A DNA stretch of 64,000 nucleotides from a virus (IMGVR_UViG_3300044698_000419:38153-102152); one strand, 5' to 3'. Numbered from the stretch's first letter, positions 1 through 10,209 are shown. The notes: a model not told the origin generated them from the letters alone. Made by a program: numbers and translations.

Positions 1-45
1 GAGGAAAAGCGAGATGTTCCTGTGACGCAGATCGCCAAGGGCGGC

Positions 46-75
46 TTGCGCCAAACATGTTGATCTGGATAGACT
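46..75 (+). promoter_or_regulatory. Housekeeping-sigma-type promoter for terD-like gene (-35 TTGCGC, 18 bp, -10 TAGACT)
   Basis: Hexamers at 46-51 and 70-75; followed directly by the palindrome TGGCCTAGGCAG; a degenerate Crp-like site TGTGA-N6-TCGCC lies at 21-36. Confidence 0.55.
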
Positions 76-285
76 GGCCTAGGCAGCAACGGAAAAAGCC
101 GTAAATGAAGCCGAGGAAAGGCAGAAGAGCGTGACGCTCGAATTCCGAGACGGAAGCGGAAGTGGTGGCAGCTCCGGCGGGGACGGGGACACCACGGGGA
201 TCCCGGCTGGTAACCGGGGCCAGGGCAGTGACAACAGCGGCAAGTCCATCAAGGACTGGCGCGCGGGACGAGGAGCGGTCTGACG

Positions 286-975
286 ATGGCGAACATGAAC
301 AAGGACCAGGCGCCGCCCACCCTTTCGGACGCGCAGATCGCACCGGCCGGACTCCCCATGCTGGACGAGGGCGACGTCGCCACCGTCTCCGGCACCATCA
401 GCGTCGGCGTCGCGTGGGACGCCTCCACCCGGGGCAAGAGCGGCTTCGTCGGCAAGCTGTTCCGCAAGGTCGGCGCCGACCTCGACGCCTCCGTGGTTCT
501 CTTCCAGGACCAGGAGCCGGTGACCCTCTGTATCGGCTTCACGCCCGAGCTGATGAACCCGCTGCACGGCCAGCCCGGCGACGGTTCGGTTCTGCACTCC
601 GGCGACAACGAGACCGGCGACGGCGAGGGCGACGACGAGACGGTCACCCTGCACCTCGACAAGATCCCGGCCGAGTTCCACCGGATCGTCGTCCAGGTCT
701 CCGCCTTCAAGGAGAAGAACAAGAAGCTCGGCGACAAGGGCTTCCAGGGCGCGAACAACGTGCTGTTCACCGTCTACGACGGCGCGGGCGCGGGCGCGGA
801 CAAGCAGTTCTGCATCCGGCCATCGCTGGTCGGCACCGAGAACTGCGTCATCGTCGCGGTCCTCGACCGCGTCGGCAACACCGTCAACTGGAACCTGAGC
901 AAGCGCAAGGTCCGGGTCAACGTCAAGCACGGCGACCTCACCGACCTGATCCGCAAGGCCGCCGCCGCCAACTGA
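286..975 (+). CDS. TerD/TerZ-family stress-response protein
   Basis: Motifs VGVAWD, DLDASVVLF, LHSGDNETGDGEGDDETVTLHLDKIP typical of TerD domains; RBS GAGGAG upstream. Confidence 0.9.
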   Translation: MANMNKDQAPPTLSDAQIAPAGLPMLDEGDVATVSGTISVGVAWDASTRGKSGFVGKLFRKVGADLDASVVLFQDQEPVTLCIGFTPELMNPLHGQPGDGSVLHSGDNETGDGEGDDETVTLHLDKIPAEFHRIVVQVSAFKEKNKKLGDKGFQGANNVLFTVYDGAGAGADKQFCIRPSLVGTENCVIVAVLDRVGNTVNWNLSKRKVRVNVKHGDLTDLIRKAAAAN

Positions 976-997
976 CGACACGGCCGCACCAAGTGCT

Positions 998-1040
998 GAA
1001 GAGCCTGCCTCCACACCCCCGGGAGGCGGGCTCTTCTTCG
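998..1040 (+). terminator. Intrinsic terminator-like hairpin
   Basis: gaagagcctgcctcc...ggaggcgggctcttc followed by ttcgttg, just after the terD stop. Confidence 0.7.
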
Positions 1041-1094
1041 TTGTCACGGATACGCTTTCGTCCTGACGACGAACCCAGGAATGGGGTGGACCGG

Positions 1095-1889
1095 ATGGCC
1101 AACGGATACGACGGCATCAGCCTCAAGGCGACCAGGCTCAACGAGGCGAGCAGTTCATCGCTGCCGATGTCTGTCGCAGTGCGGGACAAGCGCTTCACGA
1201 AGAAGGGGATCGGCTTCCGCACGCAGAAGGAGGCCGCCGCGAGCAAGGACTACCCCGGAGGCGAAGCGAAGAGGAAGCGCGGGGACGACGACCGCAAGCT
1301 GCCCTGGGAGACCGCGCAGGAGGCGACCAGCCCCCAGATCAAGCCGCGCGACACCCTGGAGAGGTCGGGACTCCTGGAGGCCCTTCCTCCGTGGCTGAAG
1401 AAGAAGGGCGAGGGTGACGAGGAAGAGCAGAAGGAGGCGGTCGCCCAGTTCGTACAGGAGAACATGTACGGCTTCCCCTACGAGGACGACGCCCGGATGG
1501 CGCTCGCCATTCTCAGTCAGTTCGTGGACGGCGACATTCTCGACGACCTCCAGCAGGCCATCGAGGACCAGTTCGGCGACCCCTCCGAGGTGCCCGAGGA
1601 TATGCACGTCATGCCGGACGGAACGATCATGCCGGATGCGATGCACGAGAGCGCGCTCCAGGAGGCCCCTCTCACCGCCGACCAGCGCAACAAGCTGCCG
1701 AACTCCGCCTTCGCACTTCCCGGCGAACGGGCGTATCCCATCGACACCCCCGAGAGGGCCAGGGCCGCGCTTTCCCGGGTCGAGCAGTTCGGCTCGGACG
1801 AGGAGAAGCGCAAGGTGCGCGCCGCCGTGAAGAAGAAGTACCCGAACATGGATGTGGAGCCGAAGCGCGGAGAGCGCGGAAGCGACTGA
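1095..1889 (+). CDS. Phage protein with C-terminal DUF6582-like domain and an H-x-MPDG-x-x-M motif
   Basis: Start re-called to ATG 1095; C-terminus LTADQRNKLPNSAFALPGERAYPIDTPERARAALSRV resembles DUF6582-type domains; MHVMPDGTIMPDAMH is His/Met-rich. Confidence 0.65.
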   Translation: MANGYDGISLKATRLNEASSSSLPMSVAVRDKRFTKKGIGFRTQKEAAASKDYPGGEAKRKRGDDDRKLPWETAQEATSPQIKPRDTLERSGLLEALPPWLKKKGEGDEEEQKEAVAQFVQENMYGFPYEDDARMALAILSQFVDGDILDDLQQAIEDQFGDPSEVPEDMHVMPDGTIMPDAMHESALQEAPLTADQRNKLPNSAFALPGERAYPIDTPERARAALSRVEQFGSDEEKRKVRAAVKKKYPNMDVEPKRGERGSD

Positions 1890-2037
1890 GCGCGGACATG
1901 GGCGGACCCCGCTGCGGTAGGAATGGCCGGGCAACGGCCACGCAACGGGGTCCTGAAGGAGCCGTCCGGGTCAGTAGGGCGCCTCGTGAAGCACGACCAT
2001 CATCCCGTCCGAGGATGGCCGGAGGCAAGCGTTTCGG

Positions 2038-2565
2038 TCAGTCCTGCTGATCTTCCGTGTGGTACAGCAGGCCGGTCGGCAGAGCCATCACCGAACAGTT
2101 CACCCAACGGCAGACATCCTGGGCGGCCGGGCCGTACTGCACGTACATCGCCGTGGTGGTCGCCCGGTCGGCCAGGGTGTATTCACTGCCTTCGCGTCGA
2201 GCCTGTTCGACCTCGGCTCCCCACGTCTCATGGGAGCAAGTCCACTCCTCGCGTTCGCCCAGGAAAATGCCGAACCCCTCGACCATCGCGTTCTTCTCGG
2301 CCTGGGTCTCGAACCTGGGGCGCCTGGCGGTGCCCAGCTCGGCAACGAGATCTCCCGTGCGGGGGGTGTCCATGCGTTCGTACGCGGCACGTCCCTGCTC
2401 GGTATGGGCGCCCCGCAGGGTGGCCTGCCAGAGCTGGTAGGCGATGGTGAGAATGACCGCACGACGTCTGACCGCCGGACCTTCCAGGCTCAGCAGGTCG
2501 TCCCTCGTGCGGTCGATTCCACGAACGTTCTCATGCGGTTGCGGCCAACTTGATTCCGTCAGCAT
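2038..2565 (-). CDS. Hypothetical protein
   Basis: Coding-like ORF; ATG at 2565 preceded by GAGAGGAAGG. Confidence 0.6.
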   Translation of the reverse strand: MLTESSWPQPHENVRGIDRTRDDLLSLEGPAVRRRAVILTIAYQLWQATLRGAHTEQGRAAYERMDTPRTGDLVAELGTARRPRFETQAEKNAMVEGFGIFLGEREEWTCSHETWGAEVEQARREGSEYTLADRATTTAMYVQYGPAAQDVCRWVNCSVMALPTGLLYHTEDQQD

Positions 2566-3163
2566 TCCCGGCACCCTTCCTCTCGCTTTCCGGGTAGGAA
2601 TTGTACCGGGAAATGAGTTCAGAGTCGCCACATGGTGGCGGTCCGATTTCGCTCATTGATGAAGTTCGACTTGGGGGTCTGGTCGTGGTCGGGCCAGTAG
2701 TTGCGGGTCGGGACCCGGGTCGTACGGCCCGTCATGCTGCCGTGGATGCCCGACGTCGTGGTGGAGCATCCGGAAGAGCTAGCTGTCGCCACCGTCGGCC
2801 TCCTTGTACGGACCCAGCCTGTTCTGCCGCATCCATTCTCCCAGGGGAAGGCCGCTGGCGAGCCATTCGTCCCTGGAGTGGAAGGACATGACGAGTTCGC
2901 CGGGTTCCAGCCTGATCTTGACCGGCTCGACGGGCAGCACCAGGCCGCCCGGACTGAAGGGGGTGTCGGTGGTCATGCGGACAGCTCTCCCAGCCATTGA
3001 AGGATCTGGTACCAGTCGTAGATCAGGATCGCCATCTGTATGTCGACGTACAGGGCGGTGGCGACGAGGGCGTAGAAGAGACACTGAAGGGCGCCGCGCA
3101 GCGGCGAGGGAATGGGCACGGTGAGTTCCTGCGGTGAAGCACCTGTGAGGGGGACAGGAAATA

Positions 3164-3823
3164 TCATCGCAGGCCGAACGCCTTGCCGAAGTGCTCCATC
3201 AGGTCATTCCGGCCGACAATCGGCCAACCTGACGCAATGGCGTGGGTGCGCAGCTTCTCCGACGGCTCGAACGCCACCGGGTGGCCGACCCGCTGGAGCA
3301 TCCCGATGTCGTTGTAGCCGTTGCCGACGGCCCCCACTCGCCCATCCCGCTCATTGCGGTCAGCCATCGCCTGCCAGGTGAGAACCGACTTCACCGTGGA
3401 CGAGTCGACGATCCGGCGGAAGTCTTCCCCCGGCGTGATGGTGCAGGCGTACACGGCCTCGGCGTCGAACAGTTCGCCGACCTTCTCCGCGAGCACCTGC
3501 GGGGCGCCGGAGATCAGGACCACGCCGACCCGCTGGCGCCGGAGCAGCCCCGCCAGCTCCTCCGTGAAGGGCATCAGCTCTACCCGCCCCCATGCCCGGT
3601 CGGCCACGTCCCGGTAGCACCCCGGAGGGATCCCCTTCAGGGCCGTGGGGATGTCGCGGCGGATGGCCTGCATCCCGCTGCGGTCCGGGTCCTCCAGGGC
3701 CTCCACGACGCCTTGCAGCAGGACGGCGTCACCGAACCCTTCCTCCATGAGCTGTTCGATCAAGCAGCACCACAGGCCCTCTTCGACCAGCGTCCCGTCG
3801 ATGTCCAGATAGATCGATCGCAC
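3164..3823 (-). CDS. HAD-superfamily hydrolase (SerB/IB-like phosphatase)
   Basis: Motif I LDIDGTL, motif II LISGA, K, motif IV GNGYND. Confidence 0.85.
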   Translation of the reverse strand: MRSIYLDIDGTLVEEGLWCCLIEQLMEEGFGDAVLLQGVVEALEDPDRSGMQAIRRDIPTALKGIPPGCYRDVADRAWGRVELMPFTEELAGLLRRQRVGVVLISGAPQVLAEKVGELFDAEAVYACTITPGEDFRRIVDSSTVKSVLTWQAMADRNERDGRVGAVGNGYNDIGMLQRVGHPVAFEPSEKLRTHAIASGWPIVGRNDLMEHFGKAFGLR

Positions 3824-3900
3824 GTCTCTTTCCTCTCCTCACGCGTTCCGAATAGGACTAGAATAGCGGTAGGAAAAGAGATGGAACGACTGGGGGAAAC

Positions 3901-4194
3901 ATGACAACGAAGCTGGAGACCGGGAGCGTCGAGCCGGACGCCATCGAGCGGTCACTGGAGTTCGCCGGGCTTCCGTGGGAGTCGCTACGGCGCGGCTCAC
4001 ACCCGGACAGCGGCGATGACTGCCTCTTCCTGGAGGGAACGATCCAGCAGTACAGCGCCTTCCTGGTGGCGCTCGCCGTGCAGCACAGGGGGGCGGGGCG
4101 CATGTCCTTCCTGGTGGACCAGGTGCAGCTCCAGACGGACAACGAGGGCGACACCAGGTTCTGGATGCCGGGGCTGACGGTCCGGGGTATCTGA
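3901..4194 (+). CDS. Hypothetical protein (lone rightward gene in the array)
   Basis: RBS GGGGA, good codon usage, followed by a hairpin. Confidence 0.7.
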   Translation: MTTKLETGSVEPDAIERSLEFAGLPWESLRRGSHPDSGDDCLFLEGTIQQYSAFLVALAVQHRGAGRMSFLVDQVQLQTDNEGDTRFWMPGLTVRGI

Positions 4195-4202
4195 GAAACG
4201 AC

Positions 4203-4238
4203 GAAGGGGCCGCTTCCCGGGTGGGAGGCGGCCCCTTC
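4203..4238. terminator. Bidirectional terminator hairpin between convergent genes
   Basis: gaaggggccgcttccc-gggt-gggaggcggccccttc. Confidence 0.75.
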
Positions 4239-4245
4239 TGTGTGC

Positions 4246-4776
4246 TCAGCGTTCGACGCAGGTCTTCGTCACCCGGCCGCCCAGCAGCGGGCCGGGCCAG
4301 TTCGTCTCGGGGTCCACGTAGCGCATGATCCAGCCGTAGTCGTCGGCGAACCAGTCCCAGCGGGGCTCGGACCCCACCTCGCCCTTCAGGTGCTCGACGC
4401 AGGCTCCCTGTGCCGCCTCCAGGCTCGTGTGCACGCGCGAGGGCTGCCCGTCGTACTCGGAGACGTAGACGTTCTCACTGACGCCCTGGGTAGATCCCCG
4501 GGGGTGCTGGAGCAGGCGCTGGAGCAGCCCGGCGGCCCGGCCCTTGTGTTTCTGCGGGATGAGCCCCAGCAGGGCCCTGCGGATGCCGTCCTCGCTCATC
4601 TCTTCTTCATCCTCTCCGGTGATCTTCCGTGCCAGCCAGCGGGCCAGGTCCACAGCCGTGATGACGACCTTGCTCACGATCATGAAGACCATGAAGCTGG
4701 AGAGCAGGAGGAACGTGATCACGATGATCCTCAGCCAGAACTCGTTCCACCCAAGCTCTCCGGGATCGAGGTTCAC
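4246..4776 (-). CDS. Hypothetical membrane protein
   Basis: N-terminal hydrophobic stretch IIVITFLLLSSFMVFMIV. Confidence 0.65.
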   Translation of the reverse strand: MNLDPGELGWNEFWLRIIVITFLLLSSFMVFMIVSKVVITAVDLARWLARKITGEDEEEMSEDGIRRALLGLIPQKHKGRAAGLLQRLLQHPRGSTQGVSENVYVSEYDGQPSRVHTSLEAAQGACVEHLKGEVGSEPRWDWFADDYGWIMRYVDPETNWPGPLLGGRVTKTCVER

Positions 4777-4990
4777 TCCTTCTCCTCGACCGCCACCACC
4801 GCTACCTCCCAGTCGGTCCCCTGGGCGATGCGTTCCCCCAGGATGTTCAGGAAATCAAGATCCCCTGGGGTCAGTTCCCCGGTCAGCGCGACTGACCTGT
4901 CTGAGGTGTTGTCCCTGATCACGACGCGTACCTTCACCCTCGCTCTCCTTTCCTGCGAAAGCGGGGCCGCACCTGGCGGCCCCGCTCCGT

Positions 4991-5461
4991 TCAGTTCTTG
5001 CGGCGCTTCCGGCTGCCCGGAGCGCTCACGGTCTCTTCCCAGCCTTCGGGCACGTGAGGATGGACGCCGACCAGCAGCACCCATCCGCCGACCTCGACCC
5101 CCTCCTCCTTCAGGACGGACTCGACCGAGCCGACGGACTCTTCGTTCTGGCCGATGACCTCGCCGTCCTTGACGAAGCCGATCACCTCGACGGCGCCCTC
5201 GGCCCCCTCCTTGTGGCGGATCCGCAGCACGACGTCCTGGGCGTACTCCCAGACGGCGAAGAACTCGCCGTTGGACCAGTCGCCACGGCCGCCCGAGTTC
5301 ACACGGAAGGCGGCGTTCTTGACCGACTCCATCTTGTTCTTCGGGAAGGCCGCGTCGGCAACGAGCAGCGTGGGCGACGCGGCCAGGGCCGCTTCCTTGG
5401 ATGTGTAGGCGGAAGGCCCCTTCGGTGGTTTCCTCAGATACACACCGTGAACGCGTGCCAT
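4991..5461 (-). CDS. Hypothetical protein
   Basis: RBS GAGGGAG, coding-like composition. Confidence 0.6.
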   Translation of the reverse strand: MARVHGVYLRKPPKGPSAYTSKEAALAASPTLLVADAAFPKNKMESVKNAAFRVNSGGRGDWSNGEFFAVWEYAQDVVLRIRHKEGAEGAVEVIGFVKDGEVIGQNEESVGSVESVLKEEGVEVGGWVLLVGVHPHVPEGWEETVSAPGSRKRRKN

Positions 5462-6185
5462 TTGCTCAACTCCCTCACAAGCGGAAACAGGGCAGGATGT
5501 TACCCGCGCAAGACGGTTCCTGCGTCCAGCCTATGCGGCAATGAGTTCCCCGGAAAACTCCGGCACGAAAAGCTGCTGGCGAAGGAAGAAGACTTCCTTG
5601 AACTCACCTTCGGGGTTGGCCGGAATCTTCGTGTCCCCCGCCGGGTACATGAACCCCTCGGCTCCGTCCCACGCGTCCTCCAGCGAGCCGAAGAGGACGC
5701 CGCCGTGGTTCCGGATGGCTCTGGCCGTCAGCGGGCCCACGGCCAGGGGCTCCAGTCCACGGTGGAACTGGGGAAACAGGTTGATGGTCCACAGATTGTG
5801 CCTGACGAGGGTGTACACGGCAGTCTCCTTCAGACGTTGATCGTCTTGATACTGCGGACGGGCCCCTCCTCGGGCGGAACGAAGTCGTACTCGATGTGGC
5901 TCCACAGCTTTCGCCGGAGATCGTCCATCGCCTGTTCCTCGGTGTCACCCTCACCGGAGAGCCCCGTCCGGGGCTCCTTCACTACGCATCCATACCGGCC
6001 GTAGTCCAAGATTTCGACCCTGAACTCCACGGTATTGCCCTTTCCTTGACGAATAAGGTACCACGAAAAGAGGGCGGCGAAGAGGTCATCCCACAACCCC
6101 TTCGCCGCCCTCTTTCGTTACTTCACGGCCCTCAGAAAGACGGCCAGAAGAACCATTGCCGCGAGTAGCGGCAGCAGCACAGGCA

Positions 6186-6602
6186 CTACTCGGCCTGCTC
6201 CAGGAAGGCCAGCTCCTCCGCCGTGCTCCTGCGCTGGCGACGGAACTTCGTCAGGTCGTACCTGGCCTTCTCCAGGTCGCGCTCACGGTCCGAGACGCGC
6301 TCCTCGGCCTCCTCGATCGAGTTGTCCAGGCGGGCCAGCTCGGCGCGGCGGACGTCGGCCTCGGTCCTCTTGCCCGAGTTCTCCGAGATCCACTCCACGA
6401 AGCCGTCCAGTTCGGAGGCGACGAAGTACTTCGTCTTGCCCCACTTCTTGACGACTCCCGGGATGCGGTCGGCATAGCGGGTGAACATCGAGGAGAGGGA
6501 CTGGGTGGTGATCCCCGTCCTCTTCTCGAAGTCGGTACGGGTCTCCAGCTCGTTCTCGCGGCCCTTGTACTGGGGACGCAGCCACTTGTCAGCCGTGGAC
6601 AT
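6186..6602 (-). CDS. Putative DNA-binding (excisionase/HTH-like N-terminus) coiled-coil protein
   Basis: N-terminus TRTDFEKRTGITTQSLSS...KTKYFVASELDGF resembles a winged HTH; C-terminal heptad coiled coil. Confidence 0.5.
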   Translation of the reverse strand: MSTADKWLRPQYKGRENELETRTDFEKRTGITTQSLSSMFTRYADRIPGVVKKWGKTKYFVASELDGFVEWISENSGKRTEADVRRAELARLDNSIEEAEERVSDRERDLEKARYDLTKFRRQRRSTAEELAFLEQAE

Positions 6603-7687
6603 CAGGAAACCCTCTCTTCGTGGAACTTGCGGACGTCGTCGGCGTGCCAGACCACGGGCAGGCTGGCGTTCTCGGCGGCGGCCTGGAGCTTTTCGAGCTG
6701 GATCAGCTCCGAACCGGAGCGGTACTCCAGCCAGACTTCCATGGCCCGGCGCACGTGACTGACCTGGTCACGCCGGTCCTTGTTGGTGGCCTTCTTGTTG
6801 CTGGCCTTGTTCATGTACTGCTTGCGCAGCAGGTAACGCGGGTCGTCGCCCTTCTCCCCGAGCTTCGGAAAGCCCTCGCGGTAGCCGGGCTTCAGCGCGT
6901 TCAGGAACTCCTGGACGTGCGAGGCGTTCGCCCCGGCGGCCAGCGCCATCATGACGGAAGCAGCCAGCGGGCTCGGCGGGATCCGGCTGGAGGCCGCCTG
7001 GAGGACGTGCTTCATCCAGGAGCCGTTGTCCCACGTCTCGTGGAAGAACGGCCAGCCGTTGACCAGGTCGTAGATGTCCTGGTTGGTGGCGTCATCGACG
7101 ATCCACTGGTCACGCTCGACACCGTAGAGCACCGGCAGGATGAGCTTGGCGGCAGCCGCCGACTGGTCCGGGTAGGGCACCTCGCCCAGGAGCTGACCGG
7201 CGTTGCGGACGCGGCCGGTGTCGAGCACCGAGAAGGTCCCCCACTGGCCGTTCGTGGTGATCGGGACCTCGATAGTCCGGCCCGCCAGGAGGCACGCGGC
7301 GAACCGGTGCTGGCCGTCGAGCAGGAAGCCGTCGGGGGTGAAGACCACGGGGGTCGAGATGCGGGGGTCCCAGTCGCCGTCCTTGACGGTGGAGACCAGG
7401 CCCTTCTTCTTCGCGGTTCCCCGCAGGGTGGTGATGAGGAACTTCCGGTTGCCCGTCATCTCGCCGTGCTTGATGGACCGGGGCATCCGCTCCATCCGGA
7501 TGACCCGGTACGTCAGGACGTCCCTGGCCATCTCCGGGGTGATCTTCATGGACGGGTGGGGGAACGGCCGGTCGGACGGGTGTCCCTCCGGGGTTGCGGG
7601 AATCGGGAAGCGGGCTCCGCGCGGGTCGGAAACGAACGTCAGACCCAGCAGCTTCTCGATGGCGCTCGCGTACTCTTCCTGCGCCAT
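6602..7687 (-). CDS. ParB/Srx-like N-terminal domain protein
   Basis: KITPEMARDVL...W...PVVFTPDGFLLDGQHRFAA...LDTGRVR pattern of phage ParB-like proteins. Confidence 0.7.
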   Translation of the reverse strand: MAQEEYASAIEKLLGLTFVSDPRGARFPIPATPEGHPSDRPFPHPSMKITPEMARDVLTYRVIRMERMPRSIKHGEMTGNRKFLITTLRGTAKKKGLVSTVKDGDWDPRISTPVVFTPDGFLLDGQHRFAACLLAGRTIEVPITTNGQWGTFSVLDTGRVRNAGQLLGEVPYPDQSAAAAKLILPVLYGVERDQWIVDDATNQDIYDLVNGWPFFHETWDNGSWMKHVLQAASSRIPPSPLAASVMMALAAGANASHVQEFLNALKPGYREGFPKLGEKGDDPRYLLRKQYMNKASNKKATNKDRRDQVSHVRRAMEVWLEYRSGSELIQLEKLQAAAENASLPVVWHADDVRKFHEERVS

Positions 7688-7781
7688 GCGTCTCTCCTTT
7701 CCGAGAGGTTCTTGGTACATAAAACACGATGGACGTGGAGGGCGTCAACACGCCTGGTGAAACGCCCTCCACGAAGGGCAT

Positions 7782-8186
7782 TCAGTCGCCCAGGATCTTG
7801 CCCAGCGCACCGCCGACGGCGTCTCCGATCGCCTCGCCGATGTCCTCGACCACGTCGAGCACGCGACCGGCGCCCGACCTGCGGTTGCCCGAGCCGCCGC
7901 CCCTGGCCGTAACAGGGGCGGAAGAACCGGGAACCGAGCCGTGCTTCGACCGGCAGTGCGAGATGACCTTCTGGTGGGCGGTGTACTCCCCGGGGTGCAG
8001 CGGGTCGCCGCAGAGCTTGCAGACCCACATCAGGGACTCATCGTCGTACCTGACCAGGTTCGCCGGGTTGTTCCTGCTGGGTTCGTGCTCCTTGGTGTGG
8101 GCCGAAAGGGCGAAGTCGAAAAGCCGGTCCTCCGTGTCGAACGGCTTGTCGCAGACCGGACAGAGGTAGATCCCCTCGCCGCTCAC
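7782..8186 (-). CDS. C2H2 zinc-finger protein
   Basis: CPVC...HTKEH and CKLC...HCRSKH. Confidence 0.6.
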   Translation of the reverse strand: MSGEGIYLCPVCDKPFDTEDRLFDFALSAHTKEHEPSRNNPANLVRYDDESLMWVCKLCGDPLHPGEYTAHQKVISHCRSKHGSVPGSSAPVTARGGGSGNRRSGAGRVLDVVEDIGEAIGDAVGGALGKILGD

Positions 8187-8680
8187 GACTCCCCCTCCGC
8201 CCGGTCCTCCACGGTGCTCTGGAGGTAGCCGACCCCCGCACAGAGACCGGCGCAGGCGGTGAAGCTCAGGGCGTCCTCCTCGCCGAGGTCCGTGAGGATG
8301 GCGATCGGAACCGTCCAGGCCCCACTGTCCCTGGCGCCCTGCTCGACCGCGATCGGAAGCATCCTCAGCAGCCCCAGGGTTTCCGGGGTGACGGAGGACA
8401 GTTCGGGAATCGTCGCCTGGGTGTACCGGTGGGCGAAGCACATGGACAGGACCGTCGTCGTGGCGAACCAGCCGTGCTCGGAGGTCAGCTCCCGAAGTCC
8501 CTCCAGGAGCGTGTCGACGGGGTCCCCATCCTGCTCCATCTTCTCGAACATGCTGTTGAGCAGGTTCGGTTCGGCCTCCTGAAGCGCCTCGATCGTGGCG
8601 TCGGACGGCGCCGGGTACTTCTCCTGGGGGAGCTTCTGGCCGTTGGCCATCAGCTTCAGGACATCCATCAGGTCGAGCAT
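8183..8680 (-). CDS. Hypothetical protein
   Basis: Coupled start/stop with neighbours, coding-like. Confidence 0.6.
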   Translation of the reverse strand: MLDLMDVLKLMANGQKLPQEKYPAPSDATIEALQEAEPNLLNSMFEKMEQDGDPVDTLLEGLRELTSEHGWFATTTVLSMCFAHRYTQATIPELSSVTPETLGLLRMLPIAVEQGARDSGAWTVPIAILTDLGEEDALSFTACAGLCAGVGYLQSTVEDRAEGES

Positions 8681-9180
8681 CACAACCCCTTCCGGGTGGT
8701 GGAAACGTGGGGCAGGGAGGGGTCGGTGAACTGCTCGTCCCAGCCGGGGACGATTTCCGTCTCGATGCCCTCGTCCTCCCACAACTTGATCACTGCCGGG
8801 TTGTCGTCGTGCGCCTTGATCACCCGGTACTGGAGCCGGATGCGGTCCAGGATCTCCTTCTTCACGACGTAGTCCTTGCGGAGGTCGTCGTTGGCCCGGG
8901 TCCAGATGCCGTCGAAGGGGATCTGGCAGCTCTCCAGCCACTTCCTGGTGAGCGTGCGGTACCTGGCCATGCGGGCGGTCACGATGAGCGCCGCGCGGCC
9001 CTTCCCTCTGGCCTCGTGAAGTCGTTCCACGACTTCCAGGTTGGGCGGGCAGAACGCGGAAGCCATGTGGAAGGAATGGAAGTCCCGGTTCGGCGGCGTT
9101 ACGTAGTGGCGAATGCTCCGCACGTCGCACAGGGTGCCGTCGACATCAAAAAGCTCCGCTTCGGGCAACTTCTCAGTCAT
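8680..9180 (-). CDS. Stand-alone HAD 3'-phosphatase (T4 PNK/PseT C-terminal-like)
   Basis: FDVDGTL, IVTAR, TRANDDLRKDYVVKKEI, HDD match the PNKP phosphatase domain; no kinase P-loop. Confidence 0.8.
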   Translation of the reverse strand: MTEKLPEAELFDVDGTLCDVRSIRHYVTPPNRDFHSFHMASAFCPPNLEVVERLHEARGKGRAALIVTARMARYRTLTRKWLESCQIPFDGIWTRANDDLRKDYVVKKEILDRIRLQYRVIKAHDDNPAVIKLWEDEGIETEIVPGWDEQFTDPSLPHVSTTRKGL

Positions 9181-9691
9181 TCTGAAATCTCCTCCTGCTC
9201 CGAATTCTGCTGATAGTGGTTGTCGAGACGCCGAACTCCTTGGCGATGGATTCGTTCGTCCTGCCGTTCGCGATGCGAGTTCTGATCTCTTCCAGGGAAT
9301 CGGAATCGACGCAGGCTCGCGTGTTCTTCAAGCCCTCGTCATCGGTTCCGTGGAGCTTCCTCTTCGCCCTGTTCTCGATCTTGGTTTCCCACGCCAGGTT
9401 CGAGGGGCGGTTGTCCAGGCAGTTGCCGTTCTGATGGGACGCCTCTGTCCCTTCGGGTCGGGCCCCATGAAAGGCTTCGGCCACCAGAACGTGTACCAGC
9501 CGCAACCGATACAACCCGTTCCCCAGGGGGAGGTTCACGTGTTGGTAGCCAGTACTGCCGATGCCGGGCTTGAGCGGCCTATACTCCCGCCCCCTGCTTA
9601 TCCGCGTCGAGTAGATCTTGCCATCGGCGCCAGCCCAGTAGCCGTCGAACCCCAGCAGGGGCCTCAGCTCAGCTTCGGGAAGTTCGTTCAC
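9173..9691 (-). CDS. NUMOD4-HNH homing endonuclease
   Basis: VHVLVAEAFHG...ASHQNGNCLDNRPSNLAW..KIEN plus C-terminal HTH (IAKEFGVSTTTISRI); RBS AAAGGAG before GTG 9691. Confidence 0.85.
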   Translation of the reverse strand: MNELPEAELRPLLGFDGYWAGADGKIYSTRISRGREYRPLKPGIGSTGYQHVNLPLGNGLYRLRLVHVLVAEAFHGARPEGTEASHQNGNCLDNRPSNLAWETKIENRAKRKLHGTDDEGLKNTRACVDSDSLEEIRTRIANGRTNESIAKEFGVSTTTISRIRSRRRFQND

Positions 9692-9731
9692 GTTCGCTCC
9701 TTTCATGGTGATTCGCGAGTATTGGAAGCGC

Positions 9732-10208
9732 TCAGAACCCCATCGACTCCCAGCGCACGCCGTACAGGCCGAGCCGGGGGCTCCCCGTGAACACGAGCAT
9801 GACCTTGTAGTGCGCCTTGCAGGAGCTGCACTGCTCGGACCAGCCGCCGCTCCGGGCCGCCAGGTCGGACGTGAGGTCACCGAAGTCCAGACGCCGCATG
9901 TAGAGCTGGCAGCACGGCGAGGTGGTGACCACCTTGTCCTTGCCGCTGACGCCACCCGAGAAGACGGCGGGCCGGATCACGGCGACACCCTTGCGCAGGC
10001 TGCTGGCCTTGTAGTGCTCGCCGATCTCGTAGGTGAGGGGCGCCGACTTCCTCTGCCACACCCCGTCCTGGTTCTTCTCGAAGTCGGAGATGCACACCCA
10101 CTGCCCGTTGCGCAGGAAGGTCCCGTCGTCCTCGCTAAAGCTGTCGATCGTCGTGATCGTGTCTCGGTGGACGATGCGGTCTCCAGCCTTGGGCTCCACG
10201 TATTCCAT
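9732..10208 (-). CDS. Hypothetical protein with Cys pairs
   Basis: ATG 10208; PCC and CSSC. Confidence 0.55.
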   Translation of the reverse strand: MEYVEPKAGDRIVHRDTITTIDSFSEDDGTFLRNGQWVCISDFEKNQDGVWQRKSAPLTYEIGEHYKASSLRKGVAVIRPAVFSGGVSGKDKVVTTSPCCQLYMRRLDFGDLTSDLAARSGGWSEQCSSCKAHYKVMLVFTGSPRLGLYGVRWESMGF

Positions 10209-10209
10209 G

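Noticed and set aside
162-1094. 575-aa ORF starting at 162
   Set aside because: 5' part is an off-frame shadow of terD and crosses a terminator; real start taken as 1095
1975-2041. Possible fifth hammerhead (minus strand begins CUGACCGAAA)
   Set aside because: No closing stem III with NUH and no CUGANGA core
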